DNA of 64,000 bases, taken from an uncultured Gemmatimonadales bacterium. Its GTDB lineage: Bacteria > Gemmatimonadota > Gemmatimonadetes > Gemmatimonadales > GWC2-71-9. Made by a program: the position numbers and the translations under genes. The first letter of the stretch is position 1, and the number at the start of each line of letters is the position of its first letter. Of this stretch, positions 52,701 through 62,079 are shown in pieces. The stretch spans positions 480,001-544,000 of the forward strand of contig CAVVKJ010000005.1 of assembly GCA_963748815.1 (NCBI GenBank), in the 5' to 3' direction. The notes under the pieces were generated by a model, which was not told the DNA's origin, made no database searches, and saw nothing but the letters and a program-made list of their open reading frames with translations.

Positions 52701-53897
52701 CCACCGCACACCACCTTCGTGTACCAGGTCTCGGCGGTCAGTCCGACGGGCCTGGAGGGCGCGAAGAGTGCGCCGCTCTCGGTCCGGACCCTTGATGGGA
52801 CCCCACCCACCGCTCCGGCCGGGCTCGTCGCCAGCGCGGTGAGTGGGGCGCGGATCAACCTGAGCTGGCAGTCCGCGACCGACCCGGAGACAGGCGTGGC
52901 GGGATACCAGGTCTTCCGTGACGGGGCGGAGATCGCCAGTTCGACGACGACGGCGTACGCTGACACCGGGCTGGCGTCAACCACGACGTATACCTATCAG
53001 GTCCGGGCGGTGAACGGGGATGGATTGCAGGGGCCGCTCAGCGCCCCGGCCACGGCCACGACCCTTGATGGGACGCCGCCGACGGCGCCGACGGGGCTCG
53101 CGGCGACCCCTGTGAGCGGCACAGCGATCGGATTGGCCTGGTCACCGGCTGCGGACGCCGAGAGCGGGATCGACGGCTACAACCTCTATCGAGACGGGGT
53201 GCTGGTGACCAGCGTCCCCAGCACGACCTTCACGGATACCGGGTTGTTCCCATCCACCTCGTACACGTATACGGTGAGCGCGACGAACGGCGCGGGGATG
53301 GAAGGACCGATGAGCCAGCCATCGACCGCGATGACCTTGCCGGACCAGACCCCCCCGACCGCACCCAGCGGGCTCAGCGCGCTTGCGGTCAGCAGCAGCC
53401 GCATCGATCTGGCGTGGGTCGCTGCTGGAGACGCGGAGAGTGGTATCCAGGCGTACCGCGTCTACCGCGACGGCGTCCTGGCTTGGACCGGGAGCGGGAC
53501 GGAATACAGCGATCTGGGATTGAGCCCATCGACGTCCTATACCTACCGGGTCACGGCGGTGAATGGAGCCGGGCTGGAAGGCCCTGCGAGCACGCCGGTC
53601 ACCGCCACGACGCCCGGCGCCTCCACGGGTGACCTGCTTATCCTGACCGTCTCGACCGGCAGTCACATTCCGAGTGAGTACGAAGCCAAGCTGCTCGACA
53701 CGCACGGTAACATCCTGCAGCGCGTACCCATCGAGGCGAACGGGTCGGTACTCTTTGCGAGCCTCGCGCCGCAGGGGTACAAGGCGTGGCTCTACTCCGT
53801 GCCGTCAAAGTGCACTGTGGCAGGGGCCAACCCCCGCCCGGTGACGGTCGTCGCCGGTGCCGTGACCTCGACGACCTTCACCGTCACGTGCCGGTAG
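49755..53897 (+). CDS. Large surface lipoprotein: Ig-like (Big_2) domain, unknown central domain, five Cys-paired repeats, four FN3 domains
   Basis: LAAAC lipobox; VTWTSSTPSVARV...GLVTA; four PTGL.A...I.L.W...Y.VYR...Y.Y.V.A units. Confidence 0.85.
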   Translation: MPVRPHPPKKNFRHSVLLAVGLAAACTADPSTGPVPQDRISAVVLTAPSQYLAPGDTVRFTVQVMDSNGRVLPDEPVTWTSSTPSVARVNGEGLVTADSVGATTITATAGGKHGTADLAVQVFELCDCTRILDSTAMTLVSRDDSTGRYVFRVVRGPAPSIVPGDIVVGAQGVGYIRRVEQSSLVGDVLTLETAQAYVEEAVRDGGFATTAYTDDPSGAPAPGRGAWVGPWTTTYMAPGVRLNRAGLCCTMDGLSIGIKIAQGPVAGSVDFTVKQGGIEFSPRADIGARVSWFQLKEFHSIFQGNLGLDLQEYELKVALTGSTNVTEKLSKESKSFLIQQRPYATFIGPMPVLIIFTKKLSLEITPTVSASVTFTGKYHSGIALSAGVRWADGGGWTPVSSATPYDTAIAPQFQGVEGSASVKIAVVPEYNMLIYGAVGPFVNLEPFAEPAASAGFTFANGSATGLNWATKVAIGLNLNMGAKLSVFGRKDLFQVGFAIPLVKPLDLIRDFSDGPLTVRAEAIGQDLPASLGVRLRPAFTDKLPLTGRRDLSTSTRDTLVAANDSVTLDRIRSGTGFPHQLTLTNIPGNCYDSLANPDTVSIRSAAFVALGNASTAARFLVNCIPLGGVRVAAVTTGPDAPSRYAVTLLRRDTVGVGRATTAETVSVSGGLAASDTILEDFVPRNTRRGGTGRLDATLNPGRRNCAVALPTTHQLVVQSGDTVSSQFLVTCVPLGLVRLQTTTVDADAGPTSDPVEFVSSLTPQAPVDTVATPPGPLAANGSELVSGLVPLYNASGAPGRYTAGLGDAPNRCTEPGTFTRTVTVFPGDTATASFLVACVERLHVVTQTTGPGTDPDGYRIVVENDDGSADTVGTAITSAVGIAGVVPGAHVVRLAGVESSCVAPAPANVVVDGRDSTRVTFHVSCPAPPQPTGLVATLIDSNRIDLGWTPVPPATPVALYRVYRAGVLHDSTVAAAYSDPGLPPHTTFVYQVSAVSPTGLEGAKSAPLSVRTLDGTPPTAPAGLVASAVSGARINLSWQSATDPETGVAGYQVFRDGAEIASSTTTAYADTGLASTTTYTYQVRAVNGDGLQGPLSAPATATTLDGTPPTAPTGLAATPVSGTAIGLAWSPAADAESGIDGYNLYRDGVLVTSVPSTTFTDTGLFPSTSYTYTVSATNGAGMEGPMSQPSTAMTLPDQTPPTAPSGLSALAVSSSRIDLAWVAAGDAESGIQAYRVYRDGVLAWTGSGTEYSDLGLSPSTSYTYRVTAVNGAGLEGPASTPVTATTPGASTGDLLILTVSTGSHIPSEYEAKLLDTHGNILQRVPIEANGSVLFASLAPQGYKAWLYSVPSKCTVAGANPRPVTVVAGAVTSTTFTVTCR

Positions 53898-53898
53898 C

Positions 53899-56865
53899 AT
53901 GTCCATGACCGCTCGCCTCTCTCCGTCCCGGTGGTCGTTTCCCCTGTCGAGGCGGCTGGTCGCCGTGATGCTGGTGACCCTCGCATGTGGAACCGACCCC
54001 ACCGGACCGAGCACCGCACCGGCCTCCGTAGATCATTCGGTCGTGAACGTATCGCGCAACGTTCTGACCTCGGGCACGGCCGCCACCCTGACCCTTCAGC
54101 TCAAAGACGCGGGGGGCCGTCCGGTTGGCAGCGATGGGCAGGACGTCGTGTTCTTTGCGACTGGCGGCGGTTCCACCGGCGCGATAGGTGCGACCGCCGA
54201 CCAGGGGGATGGAACGTTTGCCGCCACGTTCACTGGACTTCTCGCCGGCACCGCCACGACCATCGGCGCCAGCATCGACGGGCAACCTGTCACTACCCCG
54301 CTGCCCACGCTCCAAGTGGTGCCGGGGCCTGTCGCGATCGTGGCGACCACGCTGGAGGCCGATCCCCGGACCGTGGTGGTCGGGAATGGAGCGACGCTGG
54401 AGCTGGTCACTCGCGACCAGGCGGGAAATGAGACTGGCGCCGGCGGGAGGCACGTCGTGTTTGCCGTCGGTGGAGGCACCAGCACCGGCGTCATCGGCGA
54501 GGTGTCCGACCACGAGAACGGCCACTACACGGCCGGCTTTCTTGCAACCGGTGCCGGAACACCCCTGACTGTGGGGGCGACGGTCGACGGGATTCCCCTG
54601 ACTAGCGGGCTTCCGACGGTGACTGTGGCCCACGAGGTCTCTCCCGATTCGTCCACGATCGCCCTGTCCTCCGATACCATCGCCGTCAACGCCGGCCTGA
54701 TGGTCACACTCCGCGTTCGGGACGGGACTGGAGTGCCGAGGACGAGCGGGGGCGAAACGGTGCATTTCCGGGTGCTGAGCGGTCCCGGGACGGGGCAGGG
54801 CACGATCGACAGCACGATCGATCACGACGACGGATCGTACACCGCCCTGTTCACCGCCACGGCCGCGGGAAGCCCGGTGGCGCTCGGGGCAACGCTCAAC
54901 GGGGCCACGGTGGCCGGTCCGAACCCGACGGTCACAATTCTGCCGCTCCCCACGTCCCCGCAGCAGTCCACCGTGTCGACGAGCCGCGACACGGTCCTGG
55001 CGGGGCAAACGGCGACCTTCACGGCGCGTGTGTTGGACCAGGGTGGCCTGCCCGTCAGCACCGGCGTTGCCGTCACCTTCGCGCTCGGGACCGAGGGATC
55101 CAGTGCGGGCAATGTCGGTCCGGTCACCAACAACGGCGACGGGACCTACGGCGCAGTCTTCACCGGCATGTCGGCAGGCACGGCAACAACCATCCGCGCC
55201 ACCATCAATGACAGCAGTCAGATCCAGATGCTGGATTCGCTCGGGATCTCGCACCTGCCGACGATCACGGTGCTGCCCGGCGCGCCATCGCCGGACTCGT
55301 CGCTGCTGGCCGCAGCGCCCGCCACCGTGGCCCTCGGGGACTCCGCCACCATACGTCTCACGACACGCGACGCGCTTGGGAACACCGTTTCGGAGGGTGG
55401 GCAAGCTGTGTCGTTTCAGCGAGTCGGCGGCGCCGGCACCAGCATGGGGACGATTCGAGGACTCCGTGACGTCGGCGATGGGAGCTACACGGCGTACTAC
55501 GTCGCCGATTCAGCCGGCACCCCGGATACGATCCGGGCCACGCTGAACGGCGACTTGGTGACGTCGGGAATGCCGACTCTGACCGTGATCTGTTCTGCGG
55601 GCCCCGTCTCGCTGGCGGCATCGACGGTCCTGGTGAACGACACCACGGCGGCGCAGTCGCCCGTGAAGCACGTGACCCTGCCTTCGGGGGTGACGACCAC
55701 CGTCACACTCCGCGTCCGGGACAACCAGGGGTGCCCCGTGTCCAGCCCGCTGACCGTGAGCTTTGGAGCGGTCGGGGGAACCAGTACCGGCACCTTGGGC
55801 GCGACGGTCGATCAGGGGGACGGCACCTATACAGCCACCTTCACCGGCCGCATCGCGGGAAGCGCGCTCACTGTCACGGTGTTGGTCGATGGCCAGCCGG
55901 TCACCTCCGAGTCCGCCACCATCACGGTGGCGCCCGGCGACATCTCACCATGGTCGTCCGTCGTCACCGTGTCCCGGGCGAGGATCGATTCGGGTGCGCG
56001 GTCCATCGCGACGCTGCAGGCGCGCGATTCCGTCGGCAACGTCATCGTGTCCGGCGGTCGGACGGTCACATTTACCCTCGCCGGAGCGGCAGCGCATGGG
56101 TCGATCGGCCCAACCACCGACGAGGACAATGGACGCTACTCAGCCACCTATGTCGGGTTTGCCGCGGAGCCGGGCGCCCACGATTCCGTCCTGGTCCGGA
56201 TCGAAGGCACGCCGGTCCGGATGCCCATGCCCACCATCGAGGTGGCAGCCGGAGCGATTGCCCCGAGCCAGTCGGTGGTCATGGTCAGTGCCGACAGCGT
56301 GGCGGCAGGCGATTCGGTTCTTGTGACGCTGATCGGACGGGATGCGCTTGGACGGGCATTGGTGACCGGAGACCGACCCGCCGTCATCGCGTTCTCCCAG
56401 GTTGGGATCAGTTCGGGCGTCTTTCAATCTGTCCAGAATCTGGATGACGGCACCTACGATTCCTACCTCCTCGCGCGCGGTGCCGGCACACCGACGACAA
56501 TCGGCGCGACCATCGATGGCACCCTCGTCTCGACACCCCTCCCCGTCGTGACGGTCGTTCCGGGGCCGGCCGCACCAGGCACTTCCATGCTTTCCGCCAT
56601 CGCGGACAGCCTCGGTGTGGGCGACACCACGACCGTGGAGCTCGAGGTGCTTGACGCCTTCGGCAATCCGGTGTCGGATCCTGGTCTGGCAGTCGTGTTT
56701 ACCCTATCGGCGCCCGGCGTGGTCGGCGTGGATGCTGCGGCCTACGCGGGGGCCAACCGTTATACGGCCCGACTCTCGGCGCTGGTCGCGGGGACGGTGG
56801 CGGTGGGCGCGACCGTGGACGGCGCGAGCGTGACCACGGCGCCCGTCACCATTCGCGTGGAGTGA
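53899..56865 (+). CDS. Surface lipoprotein with about nine invasin/Big_1-like Ig repeats
   Basis: VTLAC lipobox; nine ~100-aa units with D..GN / DxGDGTY.A.F-like motifs. Confidence 0.85.
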   Translation: MSMTARLSPSRWSFPLSRRLVAVMLVTLACGTDPTGPSTAPASVDHSVVNVSRNVLTSGTAATLTLQLKDAGGRPVGSDGQDVVFFATGGGSTGAIGATADQGDGTFAATFTGLLAGTATTIGASIDGQPVTTPLPTLQVVPGPVAIVATTLEADPRTVVVGNGATLELVTRDQAGNETGAGGRHVVFAVGGGTSTGVIGEVSDHENGHYTAGFLATGAGTPLTVGATVDGIPLTSGLPTVTVAHEVSPDSSTIALSSDTIAVNAGLMVTLRVRDGTGVPRTSGGETVHFRVLSGPGTGQGTIDSTIDHDDGSYTALFTATAAGSPVALGATLNGATVAGPNPTVTILPLPTSPQQSTVSTSRDTVLAGQTATFTARVLDQGGLPVSTGVAVTFALGTEGSSAGNVGPVTNNGDGTYGAVFTGMSAGTATTIRATINDSSQIQMLDSLGISHLPTITVLPGAPSPDSSLLAAAPATVALGDSATIRLTTRDALGNTVSEGGQAVSFQRVGGAGTSMGTIRGLRDVGDGSYTAYYVADSAGTPDTIRATLNGDLVTSGMPTLTVICSAGPVSLAASTVLVNDTTAAQSPVKHVTLPSGVTTTVTLRVRDNQGCPVSSPLTVSFGAVGGTSTGTLGATVDQGDGTYTATFTGRIAGSALTVTVLVDGQPVTSESATITVAPGDISPWSSVVTVSRARIDSGARSIATLQARDSVGNVIVSGGRTVTFTLAGAAAHGSIGPTTDEDNGRYSATYVGFAAEPGAHDSVLVRIEGTPVRMPMPTIEVAAGAIAPSQSVVMVSADSVAAGDSVLVTLIGRDALGRALVTGDRPAVIAFSQVGISSGVFQSVQNLDDGTYDSYLLARGAGTPTTIGATIDGTLVSTPLPVVTVVPGPAAPGTSMLSAIADSLGVGDTTTVELEVLDAFGNPVSDPGLAVVFTLSAPGVVGVDAAAYAGANRYTARLSALVAGTVAVGATVDGASVTTAPVTIRVE

Positions 56866-56896
56866 CCAGCGGCGCGTCAGCACCTGTCAGGAACGA

Positions 56897-56928
56897 CAAC
56901 GGCCGGCCCCGAAAGGGACCGGCCGTTG
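56897..56928 (-). terminator. Hairpin downstream of pstS between convergent genes
   Basis: Plus strand CAACGGCCGGCCCC-GAAA-GGGACCGGCCGTTG; fully paired with one G-U on the minus strand. Confidence 0.75.
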
Positions 56929-56948
56929 CGCATGTTGGTCAGGCGTAA

Positions 56949-57992
56949 CTAGTTGACAGGAATCGGCTTGCCGTTGGCCTTGAGCCCGGCGATCCGGGGC
57001 TTGATCAGTGCGACGACCTCGGCGGGGAGGGGCGCGTACTTGAGCTCGCCGGCCATCGCCTGCGCTGCCGGCGTGACCATCCAGTTGAGGAAGTCGCGGA
57101 GGAGTTTCGCCTTGGCCGCATCCTTGGAGTCGGGCCGCACGAGCAGCCAGGTGAACGACGAGATGGGGTAGGTCTCCGCGCCCGGCGCGTTGGTGATCGA
57201 CACCCGGAAATCGGTGTCCTTGGCAAATTTGGCGCTGGCGGCGGCGGCCGTCGCCGACGCGAGGCTCGGCACGACGAAGTTGCCGGCGCTGTTCTTGATC
57301 TTCGCGTAGGGCAGGTTGTTCGACAGCGCGTAGATCAACTCGACGTAGCCGATGGTCCCTTCGATCTGCTTGACCTGCTGGGTCACCCCTTCGTTGCCCT
57401 TGCCGCCGAGGCCGACCGGCCACTTCACGGAGGTGGCGTAGTTGACCTTGTCCTTCCACTCCCGGGACACCTTGGTCAGGAAGTCGGTGAAGATGTAGCT
57501 GGTGCCCGACCCGTCCGAGCGGTGGACCACGATGATGTCGGTGTTGGGGAGCGCCACGCCGGCGTTCATGCTGGCGATGCGCTTGTCGTTCCACTTGGTG
57601 ATGCGCCCGAGGTAGATGTCGGCGATCGTGGCGCCGTCGAGCTGGATCTGCGTGGTGCCGAGCGACGGCAGGTTGTAGGTCAGCACGACCGCGCCAATGA
57701 CGGTCGGGATGTGCAGGACGTTGTTCTGCACCGCCTCCATCTGGGCCGGGCTCATCGGGCCGTCGGTGGCGCCGAAGTCCACGGTGCCCTCGGTGAACTG
57801 CCGGATGCCGCCGCCGGACCCGATCGACTGGTAGTTGATCTGGATGCCGGTAGCCTTGTTGTAGGCGTCAAACCACTTCGTATAGATCGGGTTCGGGAAG
57901 GTGGCGCCCGCCCCGGTCAGGCCCTGGGCGCCGGCTGGGGCCGCCACGAGGGCGGCCGCGCCGAGCGCGAGGGCGATGGATCGAAAGGTCAT
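56949..57992 (-). CDS. pstS: Phosphate ABC transporter substrate-binding protein
   Basis: GAGATFP, YQSIGSGGG, VDFGATD, RSDGSGTS, GKGNEGV, YPISSFTW. Confidence 0.98.
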   Translation of the reverse strand: MTFRSIALALGAAALVAAPAGAQGLTGAGATFPNPIYTKWFDAYNKATGIQINYQSIGSGGGIRQFTEGTVDFGATDGPMSPAQMEAVQNNVLHIPTVIGAVVLTYNLPSLGTTQIQLDGATIADIYLGRITKWNDKRIASMNAGVALPNTDIIVVHRSDGSGTSYIFTDFLTKVSREWKDKVNYATSVKWPVGLGGKGNEGVTQQVKQIEGTIGYVELIYALSNNLPYAKIKNSAGNFVVPSLASATAAAASAKFAKDTDFRVSITNAPGAETYPISSFTWLLVRPDSKDAAKAKLLRDFLNWMVTPAAQAMAGELKYAPLPAEVVALIKPRIAGLKANGKPIPVN

Positions 57993-58004
57993 CGTGTCAC
58001 TCCC

Positions 58005-59119
58005 TTAGAAATTCATGGTCAGCGCGGTACGAATGCCGCTGATCGTCTTGAGGTCGGACTGTTCGAAGCTCTGGGACTCGTACATCAGGCGGAACTGCGC
58101 CTTGCTGCTCAGGTACAGGTTGACGCCTGCCGTGATGAGCGTGCTCTGGTCGTCCACGACGTTGTTGCTCGGCTCGGCGAGGTCGTACCGGAAGGCCGGC
58201 TCGATGGCGTAGAGGAAGCTGTCCGGCGACTTCATCCGGATGTTGTACGCGGCGACGCCCTGGAAGCCCCAGATCTCGTTGGCGCTGTTGAGGGTGCTCT
58301 CGCCGCTCATGTAGTCGACCATCACGTACAGCCCTTCGTTACCCGGCGCGCCCCACTGCGCGTCGAGGCCCCAGCCGGTGTTGGTGGCGGAGCTGTCGGC
58401 CGGCACAGGGTGTCAGGCCGCTGGACGAAGTCGTGGCTGGCGAAGGATCCGCCGATCGCCAGCTGCGGCGTGATCGCGTAGGTGGCGCGGGCGTAGTACG
58501 ACTTGGAGTTGTTGAGATCGAGGTTGTTCGGGGAGAGTGCACCGTTCATGACGCTGCCCATGATGGCCAGCTTCTTTTCCATCCCGGTGTACATCAGGCC
58601 GGCGCCGATGTCGTGCGCCGCAAAGCCGTTCCCGATGGAGAGGTCGTTCGAGGAGACCGGCACCAGGCCGCGGTAGGCGCCGCGCTCGATGGAGGGCAGG
58701 TTGTTCGACGATGTGAGCTCGTACCGGCCAAAGTACCGCTTGAACTGCCCCGCCCGCAGGACGAAGGCGCTCTTCGCCTCCGGCTTGGTGAAGGCGACGT
58801 CGAGGTAGGCGTCCTTCAGGATCAGGCCCGACTGGCCCGTCGTGTAGCTGGGCTGGATGACGAAGGAGATGTTCTCGGTCAGGTTGCCCTTGGCCGTGAT
58901 GCGGGCGCGCCGGATGAGAAAGTTGCTCTCAGCTGCGCGCGCCGACGCGGGCAGCGCCGCATAGATGGCATTCTCGCCGTTGTTGAAATCGTAGAATTCG
59001 ACCTGGAGGCGGCCGACGACCTTTACGTTGGGGTACGTCGTCTGAGCCGCAGCGGCACCAGCGAGGATCAAGGTCAGCAGAGCGAGGCTCGAGGCCGAAC
59101 GCCACATCAAGGAACGCAT
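58005..59119 (-). CDS. OprO/OprP-like (phosphate-selective) porin; apparent 1-nt deletion near 58408
   Basis: Signal peptide; GRLQ, FLIRRARI, LKDAYLD, AGQFK...E...SS....IER; terminal Phe; directly upstream of pstS. Confidence 0.8.
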
Positions 59120-59238
59120 GTCCACCCTTTCGTGCGGGGCCGCATCGGCACCCATGGGTTGTCGTCGGGGAGCCCGGTGCCCGCCCGCGCGATGCCCGGA
59201 GGGGACTGGACATCGCGGCGTAACGAACGCAACGGCGC

Positions 59239-59277
59239 GTCACGCCCGTGCGTGCGTCGTGTCACGCGTTTGTAACG
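59239..59277. promoter_or_regulatory. Putative Pho box upstream of porin-pstS, overlapping the phoR stop
   Basis: GTCACG 59239, GTCACG 59261, GTAACG 59272 on an 11-bp grid; extra GTAACG 59220 and GCAACG 59229 off-grid. Confidence 0.72.
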
Positions 59278-61004
59278 GCGCGACTTTCCCCCACGGCCAG
59301 GCCTCCGGGAAACCACGCCGACACCCGCGTGCCCGATCCCAGCTCGCTCTCGATCCCCACCCGGCCACCGTGCGCCTCGACCGTGTGCCGGACGATGGCA
59401 AGCCCCAGGCCCGTCCCCCCTTCCGCGCGCGAGCGGGACGGATCGACGCGATAGAATCGCTCAAAGACCCGGGAGAGGTGCTCCCGCGGGATCCCGCTGC
59501 CGGTGTCCTCGACCTGGAGGGAGACGCCCTCCTCCACCACCCTGCTCCGCAGGGTGATCCGTCCGCCGGCGGGGGTGTAACGGAGGGCGTTGTCGATCAG
59601 GTTGCGGAGCACCAGCCGAACCCCCTCGGCGTCGGCCAGCAGCGTGCCGGCCCCGGGACCGATATCCGTGGCGATCGTGACCCCGAGTTCGTCTCCCCGG
59701 TCCGCGCAATCGGCCACCAGCTCGGCCGCCACGTCGGCAAGGTCGATCGCCGCGAGATCGGGCTGCCAGCGCCCCGATTCGATCCGCGCCAGGTCGAGGA
59801 GGTCGTCGACGAGTCGCTGCATCCTCCGCGCGTTGGCCAGGATCGTCTCGAGGAACTGGCGTTCCGTCGTCGGGTCAGGCCGTTCGGCCAGCAGGGTTTC
59901 GGCATATCCCGAGATGCTGGTCAGCGGTGTCTTCAACTCATGGGAGACGTTGGCGACGAAATCCCGCCGGACCGCCTCGAGCCGCCGAATCTCGGTTTGA
60001 TCGTGGAGGACGAGGATGGCGCCGCCGGTCGGGAGCGGTCGCGCGCTGATGACGATCTTGCGCCCGTCGATCCCGACTTCCTCGCCGTCCACGGCAGCGC
60101 CCTCGCTGACACGCCGCACGATTTCCCGCGCCGAGCGCCCACGAAACAGCTGCTGCAGGTCGGGGAGGAGGGTCTGCGGGCCGTAGCCGAGCAGTTCGCG
60201 CGCGGCGGGGTTGGCGGTCACGATGTGGCCCCGGGCGTCGGCCGCCACCACCCCCTCCACCATCGCCGCCACCATGGCGGCCGATTCCGCCTGCTCATGT
60301 CGCAGCGTCTCGAACCGTTCCCCCAGATCGTGGTGCATTTGCCGGAGCGCCTGGACCAGCGTGTCGATGTCCCGGATACCGGAGTGCGGAAACCGGGGCG
60401 CCTGCCCCGCGGCGATGCTGCGCGCGGCCTCGGTGATGGCGGTGAGTGGGCGGGTGACCGAGCCGGCGGTGATCCACGCGACCAGCGTCCCGAACAGGAG
60501 CGCGACCAGCGCGGCGAGCGCGACGGCCAGCTGCGCCCGATGCACGATGCCGTCCACGTGGTCCAGGTCGGCGGAGACGCGCACCACGCCCGGGCCTCCC
60601 GCCACGGCGACGTACATCATCTCCCGCCCTACCGTTTCGCTCTTGCGCTTGCTGACCCCGACCGAGCCGGCCAGGGCGGCACGAACCTCGGGACGGTTCC
60701 GGTGATTTTCGATCGCCGGGAGCGGCAGGGTGGCGTAGTCGCTTTCCCCGGTGACCGTTCCATCTTTCGCGATGAGGGTGATTCGGTAGCCGGTTTCCTG
60801 TCCGAGCCTGTAGATCCACGCCTGCGCAGCGGGCGCTTCGGCCGGCAGCCCTTCGCGGACGATCAGCGCCTCGCGCCCAAGGGTGCTGGCCACCTCGCCC
60901 TCCAGGTCGCGGCGGAGGGCAAGGTCGGCGGTCCACAACAGCACCACGACGCTGACCACCAGGACCAACAGGGTGCCCGAGATCACCCGGCCGGTGAATG
61001 TCAC
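59262..61004 (-). CDS. phoR: Phosphate regulon sensor kinase (TM-HAMP-PAS-HisKA-HATPase)
   Basis: ENHRNRPEV, RRDFVANVSHELKTPLT, NLIDNA, RVFERFYRVD..RSR..GGTGLGL; pst context. Confidence 0.92.
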   Translation of the reverse strand: MTFTGRVISGTLLVLVVSVVVLLWTADLALRRDLEGEVASTLGREALIVREGLPAEAPAAQAWIYRLGQETGYRITLIAKDGTVTGESDYATLPLPAIENHRNRPEVRAALAGSVGVSKRKSETVGREMMYVAVAGGPGVVRVSADLDHVDGIVHRAQLAVALAALVALLFGTLVAWITAGSVTRPLTAITEAARSIAAGQAPRFPHSGIRDIDTLVQALRQMHHDLGERFETLRHEQAESAAMVAAMVEGVVAADARGHIVTANPAARELLGYGPQTLLPDLQQLFRGRSAREIVRRVSEGAAVDGEEVGIDGRKIVISARPLPTGGAILVLHDQTEIRRLEAVRRDFVANVSHELKTPLTSISGYAETLLAERPDPTTERQFLETILANARRMQRLVDDLLDLARIESGRWQPDLAAIDLADVAAELVADCADRGDELGVTIATDIGPGAGTLLADAEGVRLVLRNLIDNALRYTPAGGRITLRSRVVEEGVSLQVEDTGSGIPREHLSRVFERFYRVDPSRSRAEGGTGLGLAIVRHTVEAHGGRVGIESELGSGTRVSAWFPGGLAVGESRAVTNA

Positions 61005-61708
61005 GTGTGGCGCCCAGAACGGTCGTTGGCGCGGAATCGATACCCGAACCCCCGGACCGTCTCGATCAGCCTCCCGGCGTCGCCCAGCTTGCTGCGCAGC
61101 CGCTGCACGTGCATGTCCACCGTGCGGGTCTGGATGTCGGGCTGGGCCTCCCAGACGGTTTCGAGCAGGTGCGGCCGCGTCTGCACGCGGCCCCGCCGCT
61201 CGATCAGCGTCAGCAGGAGTTTGTACTCGGTGGCGGTCAGGTCGAGCTCTTCCCCTCCCAGGGTGGCGCGGAGCGCCGCACGGTCGATGACGATGTCCCC
61301 GGCCGTCAGGGTGTCTCCATGGGCCACCGACGGGGCCGCGAGGCGTCGAAGGACCGCGCCGACCCGCAGCGTCAGTTCGGCCGGCGAAAAGGGCTTCGTG
61401 AGGTAGTCGTCCGCGCCGAGGGTGAGGCCGCGGATTCGGTCTGCCTCCTGCTTGCGCGCCGTCAGGAGAATGACCCCGATGTCGCGGGTCTCAGGGCGCG
61501 CCCGGAGCTCGGCGAGCACGTCGTAGCCGGACATCCCGGGGAGCATCAGGTCGAGGATCACGACGTCGGGCCGCTCGTCGGCGGCGGCCTTCAGCGCGTC
61601 GGGTCCCCGTGCCGCGGTGGAAACCCGGTACCCGGCCTTGGCGAGGTGGTAGGCCACCAGCGCCGTAATGTCAGGTTCGTCGTCGACGACGAGGATGCGA
61701 TGCGTCAT
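61001..61708 (-). CDS. phoB: OmpR/PhoB-family response regulator
   Basis: ILVVDDE, LDLMLP, GADDYLTKPF, RTVDMHVQRLRSKL, IETVRGFGY; pst context. Confidence 0.92.
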   Translation of the reverse strand: MTHRILVVDDEPDITALVAYHLAKAGYRVSTAARGPDALKAAADERPDVVILDLMLPGMSGYDVLAELRARPETRDIGVILLTARKQEADRIRGLTLGADDYLTKPFSPAELTLRVGAVLRRLAAPSVAHGDTLTAGDIVIDRAALRATLGGEELDLTATEYKLLLTLIERRGRVQTRPHLLETVWEAQPDIQTRTVDMHVQRLRSKLGDAGRLIETVRGFGYRFRANDRSGRHT

Positions 61709-62079
61709 GTGGGGGACTCCGCGGGCGTCGCGACCCGGACGCGGGGATTGGCTCGGCTGCGGTCGGAGGCCTGGTGGCGCTCCGTGCGCATCTGTTCCTC
61801 CTGACCGAGTGCTTCGAGGGTGGCCGCCATCAGGCGGCCGCGGACGCCGGACTCCCGCCGGATTCGGTAGAGCACGAACTGGGCGATCGGCGTGTCCCGC
61901 ACCAGGTTGGCTTCCTTCAGCACCTTCAGGTGCCGGGAAACGGTAGGCTGGGGGACGGCGAGAATGGCCTGGAGGTCGGACACGAACAACGGCGCCGCGG
62001 CGAGGCAGTTGAGAATCCGGAGCCGGGTCGGCTCGGCAAGCGCCACGAGGAGTTCCGTGGTGGAGGGGACGGCGTTCAT
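61705..62079 (-). CDS. ArsR/SmtB-family transcriptional regulator
   Basis: ALAEPTRLRIL...VSDL...QPTVSRHLKVLKEANLV...YRI; ATGA overlap with phoB. Confidence 0.9.
   Translation of the reverse strand: MNAVPSTTELLVALAEPTRLRILNCLAAAPLFVSDLQAILAVPQPTVSRHLKVLKEANLVRDTPIAQFVLYRIRRESGVRGRLMAATLEALGQEEQMRTERHQASDRSRANPRVRVATPAESPT

Noticed and set aside
49573..56896. TCGTCCTGA / TCAGGAACGA as terminal inverted repeats of the surface-protein cassette
   Set aside because: Only about 9 bp with a gap, no target duplication or transposase; compatible with chance
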